The notes: generated from the sequence alone by a model not told the origin. 54,243 nt of DNA from an uncultured Conexibacteraceae bacterium (GCA_964533285.1 CAZHLT010000277.1:1-54243); one strand, 5' to 3'; numbered from the stretch's first letter, positions 17,266-25,566 are shown. A program made the numbers and translations.

Positions 17266-17928
17266 CTAGGCGGTGGCGGCGAGCAGCTGCGCGGTCGCGC
17301 TGTGACCGAGGTAGGGCTCGAGCACGATCTCGGCGAGCTCGGGCAGCAGGCCCACCCCGTCGCCGATCTCGCCGAGGACGAGCCGCTGCTGCAGGAACCA
17401 GGCGGCGCCGCCGAGGATCGCGGTCTCCAGTGTGCCCGGCAGCTCGGCGGCGGCCGGGTTCGCCTCGCGCAGGAGCCGCAGCTCGGGCGCGAGGCGCTCC
17501 AGGGTGGCGTCGTAGCGGGCGCGCGCCTCGGTGCCGGCGGTCTGGGCCTCGACCAGGACGAGGCGGGCGCGCAGCGGCTCGGCGGCGAGGAGGGAGAGCA
17601 GGGCGCGCAAGGCGGCGCAGACCCGTTCGGGCTGCGGCGCGTCGGGCGGGACCCGGGCGGCGATCTGCTCGCCGGCGTCGGAGAGCGCGCTCTCGTAGGC
17701 GGCGAGGAAGCAGTCCTCCTTGCCGGCGAAGAGGGCGTAGAAGCTGCCGACGCCGACCTTGGCGGCGGCGACGATGTGGTCGACGGTGGTGGCGGTGTAG
17801 CCGCGCTTGGCGAAGACGCCGGTGGCGGCCTCGATGACGCGCTGGCGCTGGTGGGCGGCCATCACCTCCCGCGGCAGCGGCTCGCGGCCGACCGGCGCGC
17901 TGGCGAGGTGCTCGGGCAGGGAGGCCAT
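17266..17928 (-). CDS. TetR-family transcriptional regulator
   Basis: Start at internal ATG 17928 (MASLPEHL..). VIEAATGVFAKRGYTATTVDHIVAAAKVGVGSFYALFAGKEDCF. Confidence 0.8.
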   Translation of the reverse strand: MASLPEHLASAPVGREPLPREVMAAHQRQRVIEAATGVFAKRGYTATTVDHIVAAAKVGVGSFYALFAGKEDCFLAAYESALSDAGEQIAARVPPDAPQPERVCAALRALLSLLAAEPLRARLVLVEAQTAGTEARARYDATLERLAPELRLLREANPAAAELPGTLETAILGGAAWFLQQRLVLGEIGDGVGLLPELAEIVLEPYLGHSATAQLLAATA

Positions 17929-18007
17929 CGGCTGAGGATAGCCCCGCCGGAACCCCCAAACGGGGGATCGTTGGTTGCAGGGAGCCCGGCGGGGCGTTCG
18001 TTCCATG

Positions 18008-18029
18008 ACTGAGGATAACGTCTACATAT
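18008..18029. promoter_or_regulatory. Shared operator-like motif, site C (actgaggataaCGTCTACATAT), between divergent TetR genes
   Basis: AT-richer 124-bp divergent intergenic region. GAGGAT-N2-CGTCTACA-N-AT is shared with site A. Confidence 0.5.
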
Positions 18030-18052
18030 AAAGGTGCTACGGTCTCCAATAA

Positions 18053-18733
18053 ATGGTCGGGCGGGGCCAAAGCCGTGCGGGCCGGGCGGGAAGCGAGCGC
18101 GGCGGCCCGGAACGGGGCCGCGGGCGCAGCGGCGATGAGACGGCCGCGAGCGTGCGGGCGCGGATCATGACGGCGATGCTCGAAGCCTGCGGCGAGAAGG
18201 GATACCGGGCGGTCGCGGTGCGCGACGTGATCGAGCGCTACGGCGGCTACCGCAGCCAGTTCTACGGGCACTTCGCGAGCAAGGCCGACTGCTACGCCGC
18301 GGCCTACGAGACGGAAGCCGAGCGGCTCTACGAGGCGCTCGCCGCGCAGGCCGCCGGCGAGGGGAGCTGGCGGGAGCGGCTGGAGCGGGTGCTGGCAGGG
18401 CTGGGGCGCTTCGCCTGCGAGCGTCCGGCGCTGGCGCGCGGGCTGCTCGTCGAGGTCCAGGTCGCCCGCGGGCGGGCGCTGGAGATGCACCGGGAAGTTT
18501 TCGAGCGCCTCACCCGCGCTATGGACAGCGCGCGCCGCGAGACCAGGTCTCGCCACTCTCCACCTCCGATGACAGCGCTCTTCATGGTAAGCGCAATCGA
18601 GAGCTCTGTCACCTCGGCGCTCCTGCGCTCCGAGCCGCAGTCCTTCGCCGCCGCGGTGCCCGAGCTGGCGGAGATAGTCGCCTCGGCCTACTGCGGCGAA
18701 GAGGCGGGCGAGCGGCGATCGAGCGCGGCGTGA
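18053..18733 (+). CDS. TetR-family transcriptional regulator
   Basis: IMTAMLEACGEKGYRAVAVRDVIERYGGYRSQFYGHFASKADCY. Divergent from the 17928 gene. Confidence 0.75.
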   Translation: MVGRGQSRAGRAGSERGGPERGRGRSGDETAASVRARIMTAMLEACGEKGYRAVAVRDVIERYGGYRSQFYGHFASKADCYAAAYETEAERLYEALAAQAAGEGSWRERLERVLAGLGRFACERPALARGLLVEVQVARGRALEMHREVFERLTRAMDSARRETRSRHSPPPMTALFMVSAIESSVTSALLRSEPQSFAAAVPELAEIVASAYCGEEAGERRSSAA

Positions 18734-18773
18734 GGGTCCGGGGATGGCGCTACCAGTTTGGTACCGTTATGGG

Positions 18774-19007
18774 ATGAGCAAGCAGATCGCGGTCCGACTC
18801 CCAGATGACCTTGTCGACTTCGTCGACGAGATCGTCGAGTCCGGCGCCGCGCGCAGTCGGGCGGCTGTCGTGACCCAGGCGCTCGAGCGCGAGCGCCGGC
18901 GTGCGCTCGCAGAACGCGATGCTCGGATCCTCGCCCGCACCGGCCCGGACCCCGAGCTCGCCGGCCTCGCCGAGTACGCGGCGGGCCTGCCTCGCGACCT
19001 CGCCTGA
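18774..19007 (+). CDS. mazE: Ribbon-helix-helix antitoxin (MazE-like)
   Basis: MSKQIAVRLPDDLVDFVDEIVESGAARSRAAVVTQALERERRRAL. TGATG stop/start junction (1-nt overlap) with the toxin. Confidence 0.7.
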   Translation: MSKQIAVRLPDDLVDFVDEIVESGAARSRAAVVTQALERERRRALAERDARILARTGPDPELAGLAEYAAGLPRDLA

Positions 19008-19306
19008 TGCGGCCGATCCACGTCGCCCGGCTCGACGAGGCGAGGCCCGTGTTGATCCTTACGCGTGAGCTCGTGCGGCCGCATCTCGCCACGGTGACCG
19101 TCGCCCCGATCACCACCACCGTCCGGGGACTCTCGACCGAGGTTGCCGTCGATTCGGCGAACGGTCTCAGCGAGCCCTCGGTCGTGAGCTGCGACAACAT
19201 CACCACGATTCCCGCCAACGCCGTGGGAGAGCAGATCGGGCTCCTGCTCGACAGCCAAGAGCAAGCCCTGCGCGAAGCGATCGTGGCCGCGTTCGACCTC
19301 GACTGA
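19007..19306 (+). CDS. mazF: PemK/MazF-family toxin
   Basis: 99 aa. RPVLILTRELVRPHLATVTVAPITTTVRGLSTEVAV...SVVSCDNITTI is the typical MazF core. Confidence 0.8.
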   Translation: MRPIHVARLDEARPVLILTRELVRPHLATVTVAPITTTVRGLSTEVAVDSANGLSEPSVVSCDNITTIPANAVGEQIGLLLDSQEQALREAIVAAFDLD

Positions 19307-19501
19307 TCGCTCGCCCTTCGCGGGGACGCAGGGCACAAGGGCGGGATGTCCGGGGAGGACAGCCGCGCCGCTTGTGCCCCGATGGCGCCGCCCCAGGGAG
19401 GAGGCAGCGCCCCGGTTCTCCGCGGCGGGCTTGGGTGGCACGCCGGCTGCTGGGGAACCTGCCGCCGCGACGGGCCCTGGTCGCGGCGGGTTGAGGGCAT
19501 T

Positions 19502-19523
19502 CTAGAACTTGTCGTCTACAAAT
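19502..19523. promoter_or_regulatory. Shared operator-like motif, site B (ctagaacttgtCGTCTACAAAT), upstream of the Ig-like/PASTA protein gene
   Basis: 32 nt upstream of ATG 19555 in an AT-rich stretch. TAGA-N8-TCTA dyad as in site A. Confidence 0.5.
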
Positions 19524-19554
19524 AGAAGGATATAGGTGTATCATCCTCGCCGGG

Positions 19555-20721
19555 ATGATTCGAGCCGCAGGGACGACCGCGCTTGTCTGGCTGCTGACGC
19601 TGGGCGTCTGCGCGTCGGCGGCGAGCGCCGAGCCGCTCTCGATGACGTTCACCGAATCGCGCGCCAACGTCGGGGTGCAGCTTTCTGACGCCGCCCTGTT
19701 CGAAGCGCCCGATACAGCTGCGTTCGAAGGACAGCTCGACCCCGGGAGCGGCTTGATCGTGGAAGGCGATCTGGCGGTCCCGGATTTCTCGACCTTCATC
19801 ACCGAGCCTCTCGATGCTGACGTCACCGTCGATTTCGAGATCGGGATCATCACGGGAAGCTTCACCCAGGCGAGCGGCGCACTCCTCTTGACGGGCGAAG
19901 CGGGCGGGACGCTGAAGGCGAACGGAGAGGAATGCATCCTTTCGACGACCCCCTCCGTCCTGACCCTCTCGACGCTCGGAAGCTCCGGCGGCAGCACTCC
20001 GCGCTCCGGGGCGCCGTTCGCCCACGGGCTGACCGGGGCGGGGGCGATCGCCGGGCAATGGAACGACATGACCGCGACCCCGGTCGACCCGGGACCCGGA
20101 GGGGACACCGCCGCTTGCGAAACCGTCGACGATCGCATCGGCGGGCCGGGGGGCGTCTGGCTGCGCCAGGAAGGCGACGTCGTGCCGCCCTCGGCACCGC
20201 AGCTGAGCGGCACCGATCCGGCTTCGCCGAACCCGAGTGGGACCCCGCGAGTCCTCGGCGCAGCCGAGCCGGGATCGACGGTGCGCGTCTATGCGGGCTC
20301 GAACTGCGTTGGCGCACCGGTCGCCACCGCAAGCGCGGCCAAGCTTGGCTCTCCCGGCATCTCCGTCGAAGTCGCGGAAGGCGTCACCGCCGTCTTCTCG
20401 GCGAGCGCCACCGATGCAGCCGGCAATACCTCCGCCTGCTCGGCGCCGATCTCATACACGCGGGTGAAGTCGACGAGCGGACCGAAGCCGAGCCCGGCGT
20501 GCGTCGTCCCGAAGCTGGTCGGCAAGACGCTGAAGGCGGCGAAGAGGCGGATCAAAGCGGCGGGCTGCAAGCTTGGCGAGGTCCGCGGGCCGCGCCCGCC
20601 GGACCGCCGGGTGCCGCTCGTCGTCAAGTCGTCGAACCCCGGGGCGGGAGCGAGACCGGCCGACGGCGAGGTCGACGTCAGGCTCGGGCCAAAGCGGGGC
20701 AGAGCCCCCAGGAGCAGCTAG
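19555..20721 (+). CDS. Secreted protein with Ig-like domain and C-terminal PASTA domain
   Basis: Signal peptide MIRAAGTTALVWLLTLGVCASAASA. Ig-like segment PRVLGAAEPGSTVRVYAGSNCVGAPVATASA...ATDAAGNTSACSAPISY. PASTA-like VVPKLVGKTLKAAKRRIKAAGCKLGEV...VVKSSNPGAGARPADGEVDVRLG. Confidence 0.75.
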   Translation: MIRAAGTTALVWLLTLGVCASAASAEPLSMTFTESRANVGVQLSDAALFEAPDTAAFEGQLDPGSGLIVEGDLAVPDFSTFITEPLDADVTVDFEIGIITGSFTQASGALLLTGEAGGTLKANGEECILSTTPSVLTLSTLGSSGGSTPRSGAPFAHGLTGAGAIAGQWNDMTATPVDPGPGGDTAACETVDDRIGGPGGVWLRQEGDVVPPSAPQLSGTDPASPNPSGTPRVLGAAEPGSTVRVYAGSNCVGAPVATASAAKLGSPGISVEVAEGVTAVFSASATDAAGNTSACSAPISYTRVKSTSGPKPSPACVVPKLVGKTLKAAKRRIKAAGCKLGEVRGPRPPDRRVPLVVKSSNPGAGARPADGEVDVRLGPKRGRAPRSS

Positions 20722-21112
20722 GCGAGATCGGCCGTCACCAGCCGAAGACCGATGTCGAGCGAGTCGAGGGTTCGCAGCTCTCCGTAGCGCTCGTCCCATC
20801 TGCCGCTTTCGAGGTCGGCCCGGAGCTGCGCCAGCCCGCGGTCGACTACCGGGCTCGGCAGCAGACGCCAAATCGAAGCCGAGCGGCGCACGTCGGGGTC
20901 CAGATAAGCCTCCGGTCGACTCCAGAGTGCGACGCAGAAGCCATCTCTGCAGTCACTGGGGGCTCGACCGCGATCACCTCGCGGTCGCGTGGCTCATATG
21001 AGCCGGCTCCGGCGCCGACGTTGAGAACGGATCGAGCGTCGCCAAGCGCAGCCAGGATGGCCGTCTCGAAACGCGGATCGGCCCGGCGCACCTCACTGTA
21101 GGCGACGCCCAT
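20718..21112 (-). pseudogene. Class I SAM-dependent methyltransferase with an internal deletion and frame change
   Basis: N-terminal part ..VLNVGAGAGSYEPRDREVIAVEP is joined directly, in another frame, to the C-terminal part SDCRDGFCVALWSRPEAYLDPDVRRSASIWRLL..LRADLESGRWDERYGELRTLDSLDIGLRLVTADLA*. Roughly 100 or more central residues are missing. Confidence 0.6.
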
Positions 21113-21135
21113 CCGGTCATAGGCGGGAGCCTTTA

Positions 21136-21465
21136 CTACTCGCTCCCGCGCTCACGGATCGGCGCGACCAACAGCTCGACGACGTCGCCATGGAAGCCGT
21201 GGCGCACGGCGTCGGGGGGAGACTGCCTCCCGCGTCGTCGCAGGGCGTGTGCCGAAGCGCCGGGCCAGCTCGGGGTCGCATCCAGCATGGGCGATGAGCT
21301 CCTGTGCGGGAGGACGGAGTGCGAGTTCCTGCCGAGCCGGCAATCTCCTCGATCGAGGCGCCGGCATACCGCGGTCGGCGAAGACCCGTGTCGCGGAGAG
21401 GGGCAACTCGTCGCGGGTCTGCGCCTGAGCTCGGCCCGCGTGCGGCGCTTGCGCTTCGGTGGCAT
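21136..21465 (-). pseudogene. TetR-family regulator remnant (HTH region spread over three frames, C-terminal domain missing)
   Basis: Pieces MPPKRKRRTRAEL / TRDELPLSATRVFADRG / AGASIEEIAGSAG / NSHSVLPHR / ELIAHAGCDPELARRFG each sit in a different frame. Total length is too short for a TetR protein. Confidence 0.5.
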
Positions 21466-21528
21466 TTCAGATTGCAGCTCCCATTCGAAACCCCAACGCG
21501 CCCGGCGCGTGCTGCGTTAGTTGGCCCT

Positions 21529-22059
21529 CTAGCCGCGCCGGCGGTAGCGCAGGTACACGGTCGCGCCGAACGCGCGGGTCTCGACCAGCTCGAGGTCGAT
21601 GTGCACGTCCTGCGGGAAGTACGGCGTGCCGCCACCGATCACGATCGGGACGACGAACAGCTCGAACTCGTCGATCAGGCCGCGCCGCATGCATTCCGCC
21701 GCAAGGCCGGCGCCGCCGACCGCGATCCTCCGGTTCCCGAGCGCGGCGATTTCCCCCTCGAGCGTTCCCGTGGCCAGGCGGTTGCTGCCCTCGACGCTCG
21801 TCAGCGTGGTCGAGAACACGATCTTCTCGAGCGGGCGCCAGATCTCGGCGAACTCCGCCATCACGGGGTCGGAGAACTCCTCGGTGTCCCAGACGAGCAT
21901 CGTCTCGTAGAGGCGCCGGCCAAGCAGTTGGGCGTCGATTGCGGCGACCCGTTCATTGTGGAACCGGTGCAGCTCCTCGCTGGGCACCGCCCAGTCGAAG
22001 CTTCCGTCGGGCCCGGCGATGTAGCCGTCGGCCGACAGGCTCATGGAATAGGAGATCAC
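21529..22059 (-). CDS. Dihydrofolate-reductase-like (RibD C-terminal domain) family protein
   Basis: SMSLSADGYIAGPDGSFDWAV...RLYETMLVW...KIVFSTTL...IAVGGAGLAAECMRRGLIDEFELFVVPIVIGGGTPYF. Start placed at GTG 22059 and is uncertain. Confidence 0.7.
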   Translation of the reverse strand: MISYSMSLSADGYIAGPDGSFDWAVPSEELHRFHNERVAAIDAQLLGRRLYETMLVWDTEEFSDPVMAEFAEIWRPLEKIVFSTTLTSVEGSNRLATGTLEGEIAALGNRRIAVGGAGLAAECMRRGLIDEFELFVVPIVIGGGTPYFPQDVHIDLELVETRAFGATVYLRYRRRG

Positions 22060-22147
22060 GAGGACATAGTGAACCGCGCCGAGCCGACGGCCTTCTCGGC
22101 GACCTCGCCGCCCTGGGTCAGTGGCAAGAGCGTGGCCTGTGGCGAGT

Positions 22148-22942
22148 TCAGAGCGAAAGGCCGCCATCGAGCGGAATGTCAGCCCCGGTCAGGCCACTCG
22201 CCCCCCGTCCAAGCAGCCAGGCGACTGCGGCGGCCACCTCAGCTGGCTCGAGCAGGCGGCCGAGCGGCTGCTGGGCGGCGAACTCCTCGACCGAGCCGAG
22301 ACCGTAGAGGCGAGCGCTCTCCTCCAGCATCGCCGTCCGCGTCGACCCGGGTGAGATCGCGTTGGCGGTGACTCCGCTGCCGGCGAGGTCGGCGGCGAGG
22401 CCCCTGACCAAGCCGGTGACGCCGGCCTTGGCGGCGGAGTAGGCGGCAAGGCCCGGCATTCCCCGCGTCGCCGCCGCCGAGGCGACCGCGACGAAGCGGC
22501 CGTCGCGCGGGACGGGGCGACGCAGCAGCGCCGGCACGCCGACGCGCGCCGTCGCGATCGCCGTGCCGAGGTTCAGCTCCAGCATCGCCTCGATTTGCTC
22601 GGCCGGCAGCTCCCAGAGCGAGGCGCCGCCGGCGATAGCGCCGGCGACTGCCACCACCGCATCGAGCTCGCCGAGCCCGTCCGCGGCCTCCACCGCCCGC
22701 GTCAGGTCCGGCTCGCACGCCGCGTCCCCGCGCACCGCGAGCGCCCTGGGGCCGTTCTCGTCGCTGCCGGCCGCGGTCGCGATCGCCTCGAGATCGGCGG
22801 GCGCCGACAGCGGATAGGCCAGACGCCGGTCGTTCTCGGCGCGGTCGAAGGCGACCACCCGCCAGCCCTCGGCGACCAAGGCGGCGACCGTGGCGGCGCC
22901 GATCCCCCTCCCTGCCCCGGTGACGAGCGCGACGCGGCTCAC
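22148..22942 (-). CDS. SDR-family oxidoreductase, mycofactocin-coupled type, translationally coupled to mftD
   Basis: GTG 22942 in a GTGA overlap with the mftD stop. VALVTGAGRGIGAA, the insert AFDRAENDRRLAYPLSAPADLEAIA (YPLSxPADLE also occurs in the SDR at 30390), and YSAAKAG active-site region. Confidence 0.75.
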   Translation of the reverse strand: MSRVALVTGAGRGIGAATVAALVAEGWRVVAFDRAENDRRLAYPLSAPADLEAIATAAGSDENGPRALAVRGDAACEPDLTRAVEAADGLGELDAVVAVAGAIAGGASLWELPAEQIEAMLELNLGTAIATARVGVPALLRRPVPRDGRFVAVASAAATRGMPGLAAYSAAKAGVTGLVRGLAADLAGSGVTANAISPGSTRTAMLEESARLYGLGSVEEFAAQQPLGRLLEPAEVAAAVAWLLGRGASGLTGADIPLDGGLSL

Positions 22943-24114
22943 GACGGGAAGACCTCGAACCCGTCGGGCACGATCACGTCGTCGCGGCTGAGCTCGTGGA
23001 TCGAGGCACGGCCGAGGCCGAGCAGCGTCTCGTCGATCCCGGCGCGGAAGATCTCCAGCACGTTGCCGACCCCACCCTCCCCGCCGGCGGCCAGCCCCCA
23101 GAGGTACGCGCGCCCGACCAAGACCGCGCGGGCCCCCAGCGCCAGCGCTTTGACGACATCGGAGCCACGGCGTATGCCGCCGTCGAACAGGACCTCGACC
23201 TCGCTTCCAACCGCGGCGGCGACTGCCGGCAAGGCTCGGATCGCCGCCGGAGTGCCGTCGAGGTTGTTGCCGCCGTGATTGGAGACCGAGACTGCGTCGG
23301 CGCCGGCCGCCGCCGCCCGGCGCGCGTCCTCGGGGTGAAAGACGCCCTTGACCATGAGCGGTCCGTCCCAGGCCCCGCGCAGCCAGGCGATGTCGTCCCA
23401 GCTCGGCTGGCCCGTTTCCGCCCACTCGCGGTAGGCGCCGAAGAAGGAAGGGTCCCCGCCGGCGAGGGCGAGGTTCGGAGCGGTCAGCGGCGGGATTCCG
23501 CCGGCACGCAAGAAGCCGGCAAGCCAGCGCGGTCGGCGGAGCGCTTCCGGCGCCATCCGCGCCATGGCGCGCAGGTCGAGGCGCTCGGGGATCGTCGGGC
23601 TGCCCCAGTCGCGGCGGTGGGCGAAGACCCAGTCGAGGGTTACGATCAGGCCCTTGGCGCCGGCGCTCCGTGCCCGCTCCAGCACCGCCTCGATCCGGTC
23701 CCGGTCGCCAAGCCAGTAGACCTGGTGAAAGAGCGCGGGATTGGCGGTGGCGACCTCCTCGATCGGACGGCTGGCGAACGAGCTCAACCCGATCGCGGTG
23801 CCGGCCGCCGCAGCGGCGCGAGCGACCGGCAGCTCGCCTTCGGGATGAACCGCCTGGACGCCGGTCGGCGAGATCACCACCGGCAGCGAGATCTCCTGGC
23901 CGAGCACGGTCGTCGCCTGGTCGCGACCGAACCCGGTCCCGGTTGCGATTCGCGGCACGAAACCCAGCTCACCAAAGGCGGCGACGTTGGCGCCGAGGCT
24001 TGCGCCCTGCTCGGAGCCCGCCAGCAGCGCCTTATAAACGGACGGCGGCAGGCGCTTTCGAGCCCGCCGCTGCGCCTCGGCCACCGACTCGAACCACTCT
24101 CTCGTACTTGCCAT
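22939..24114 (-). CDS. mftD: Pre-mycofactocin synthase MftD (FMN-dependent alpha-hydroxy-acid oxidase family)
   Basis: 391 aa. ..SVYKALLAGSEQGASLGANVAAFGELGFVPR.., VSNHGGNNLDG, GGIRRGSDVVKALALGA. Sits directly after mftC. Confidence 0.85.
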   Translation of the reverse strand: MASTREWFESVAEAQRRARKRLPPSVYKALLAGSEQGASLGANVAAFGELGFVPRIATGTGFGRDQATTVLGQEISLPVVISPTGVQAVHPEGELPVARAAAAAGTAIGLSSFASRPIEEVATANPALFHQVYWLGDRDRIEAVLERARSAGAKGLIVTLDWVFAHRRDWGSPTIPERLDLRAMARMAPEALRRPRWLAGFLRAGGIPPLTAPNLALAGGDPSFFGAYREWAETGQPSWDDIAWLRGAWDGPLMVKGVFHPEDARRAAAAGADAVSVSNHGGNNLDGTPAAIRALPAVAAAVGSEVEVLFDGGIRRGSDVVKALALGARAVLVGRAYLWGLAAGGEGGVGNVLEIFRAGIDETLLGLGRASIHELSRDDVIVPDGFEVFPS

Positions 24115-24124
24115 AGCGCTTCGC

Positions 24125-25291
24125 TCAGGCCGGCTGCCGGCGCCAGAACTCGGTCAGCGGGTCCTCGTCGCAGTGGCGGTCGGGACGGCGGGGCGAGTGG
24201 TCGACCGACGGCAGCGGCAGCTCGGCGCCTGCGGGACGCGCCTCGAGCAGCGAGGCGCCGTGACCGAGCACGCACTCGGGGTCGGGGCCGTCGAGTGGCA
24301 GCCCGGTGAAGAACTTCGCCGCCATGCAGCCACCGCGGCAGGCGTCGTAGTGGCCGCACGACGCGCAGGCGCCACCCGACTGCGGTGAGCGCAGCTCCTG
24401 GAACAGCGCGGACTCGCGCCAGACGCCCTCGAAACCGCGCGGCTCGCGGACGTTGCCGGCGAGGAACGCCTCGTGGATCGCGAACGGGCAGGCGTAGACA
24501 TCGCCGACGGGATCGATCAGGCAGACAACCCGCCCCGCCCCGCAGAGATTCAGCCCGGGCAGCGACTCGCCGTAGCCAGCGAGGTGGAAGAACGAGTCGC
24601 CGGTCAACACCCGCTCGCCCCGCGCCAGGAGCCACTCGTAGAGCGAACGCTGCTGCGCCGCGGTCGGGTGCAGGTCGTCCCAGACGTCGGCGCCGCGGCC
24701 CGAGGGCCGCAGCCGCGTTATCCGCAGCTGCGCCCCGTAGCGATCGGCGATCTTCTGGAAGGCATCGAGCTGACCGACGTTGTGGCGGGTGACCACGACC
24801 GAAATCTTGAACCCCTCGAAGCCCGCGGCGGCGAGGTTCTCCATCGCCGCCAACGCCGTCGCGAAGGAGCCCGGGCCGCGGACCGCGTCGTTGACCTCGG
24901 CGCTGGCGCCGTCGATCGAGAGCTGCACGTCGACGTAGTCGCTGGCGGCCAGCCGGCGAGCCGCCTCGGGCGTGATCCGGCTGCCATTGGTCGAGAACTT
25001 GACCCCGACCCGGTGCGCGGTCGCGTACTCGACCAGCTCCCAGAAGTCGCGTCGCACCGTGGGCTCGCCGCCGCCGACGTTGACATAGAAGACCTGCATC
25101 CGCTCGAGCTCGTCGATCACCCCCTTGCACTCGGCGGTGGTGAGCTCGTGCGGGTCACGCCGGCCGCTGCTGGAGAGGCAGTGGACGCAGGCGAGGTTGC
25201 AGGCATACGTCAGCTCCCAGGTGAGGCAGATCGGCGCCGCCAAGCCTTGCTCGAAGCGGCCGACCAGCTCGCGCGTCGCGGGGGCGCTCAC
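24125..25291 (-). CDS. mftC: Mycofactocin radical SAM/SPASM maturase MftC
   Basis: LTYACNLACVHCLS (CxxxCxxC), VNVGGGEPT, and C-terminal SPASM cysteines CGAGRVVCLIDPVGDVYACPF...GGACASCGHYDACRGGCMA. Confidence 0.9.
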   Translation of the reverse strand: MSAPATRELVGRFEQGLAAPICLTWELTYACNLACVHCLSSSGRRDPHELTTAECKGVIDELERMQVFYVNVGGGEPTVRRDFWELVEYATAHRVGVKFSTNGSRITPEAARRLAASDYVDVQLSIDGASAEVNDAVRGPGSFATALAAMENLAAAGFEGFKISVVVTRHNVGQLDAFQKIADRYGAQLRITRLRPSGRGADVWDDLHPTAAQQRSLYEWLLARGERVLTGDSFFHLAGYGESLPGLNLCGAGRVVCLIDPVGDVYACPFAIHEAFLAGNVREPRGFEGVWRESALFQELRSPQSGGACASCGHYDACRGGCMAAKFFTGLPLDGPDPECVLGHGASLLEARPAGAELPLPSVDHSPRRPDRHCDEDPLTEFWRRQPA

Positions 25292-25566
25292 CTGCCGCCC
25301 CCACGGGGCACGATCATCCCCGTCTCCGCCAGTCGCGCCAGCGCCGTCCCGTAGCCGTCGAGCTGGGCCGACTCGACCCCCACGGCGCGACAGGCCGCCT
25401 CCGGGCTCTCATGCTCGCCGAGGCACTCGACGACCTCGCGCAGCCGCGGGCTCTTGAGGAATGACAGGCGGCGGGTGCCGAAATGGTAGGCGAGGGCGCC
25501 GAAGCCCTCCGTCCGCAGTGCCACCTGGGGATGCAGGGCCCAAGGGCCCTGCAGAGGAGTCGTCAT
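25288..25566 (-). CDS. mftB: Mycofactocin precursor-binding chaperone MftB (PqqD-like RRE)
   Basis: 92 aa. WALHPQVALRTEGFGALAYHFGTRRLSFLKSPRLREVV. ATGA overlap with mftC. Confidence 0.85.
   Translation of the reverse strand: MTTPLQGPWALHPQVALRTEGFGALAYHFGTRRLSFLKSPRLREVVECLGEHESPEAACRAVGVESAQLDGYGTALARLAETGMIVPRGGGR

Noticed and set aside
19306-19555. Cyclic-di-AMP (ydaO) or another riboswitch upstream of the secreted PASTA protein.
   Set aside because: I could not find the conserved ydaO core segments. Only generic hairpins are visible.
22148-23425. 425-aa version of the SDR ORF, and the 383-, 311-, 363- and 655-aa versions of other genes.
   Set aside because: The N-terminal extensions overlap the upstream genes and are compositionally abnormal. 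Internal GTG/ATG starts with overlaps or Shine-Dalgarno sequences give family-typical lengths.
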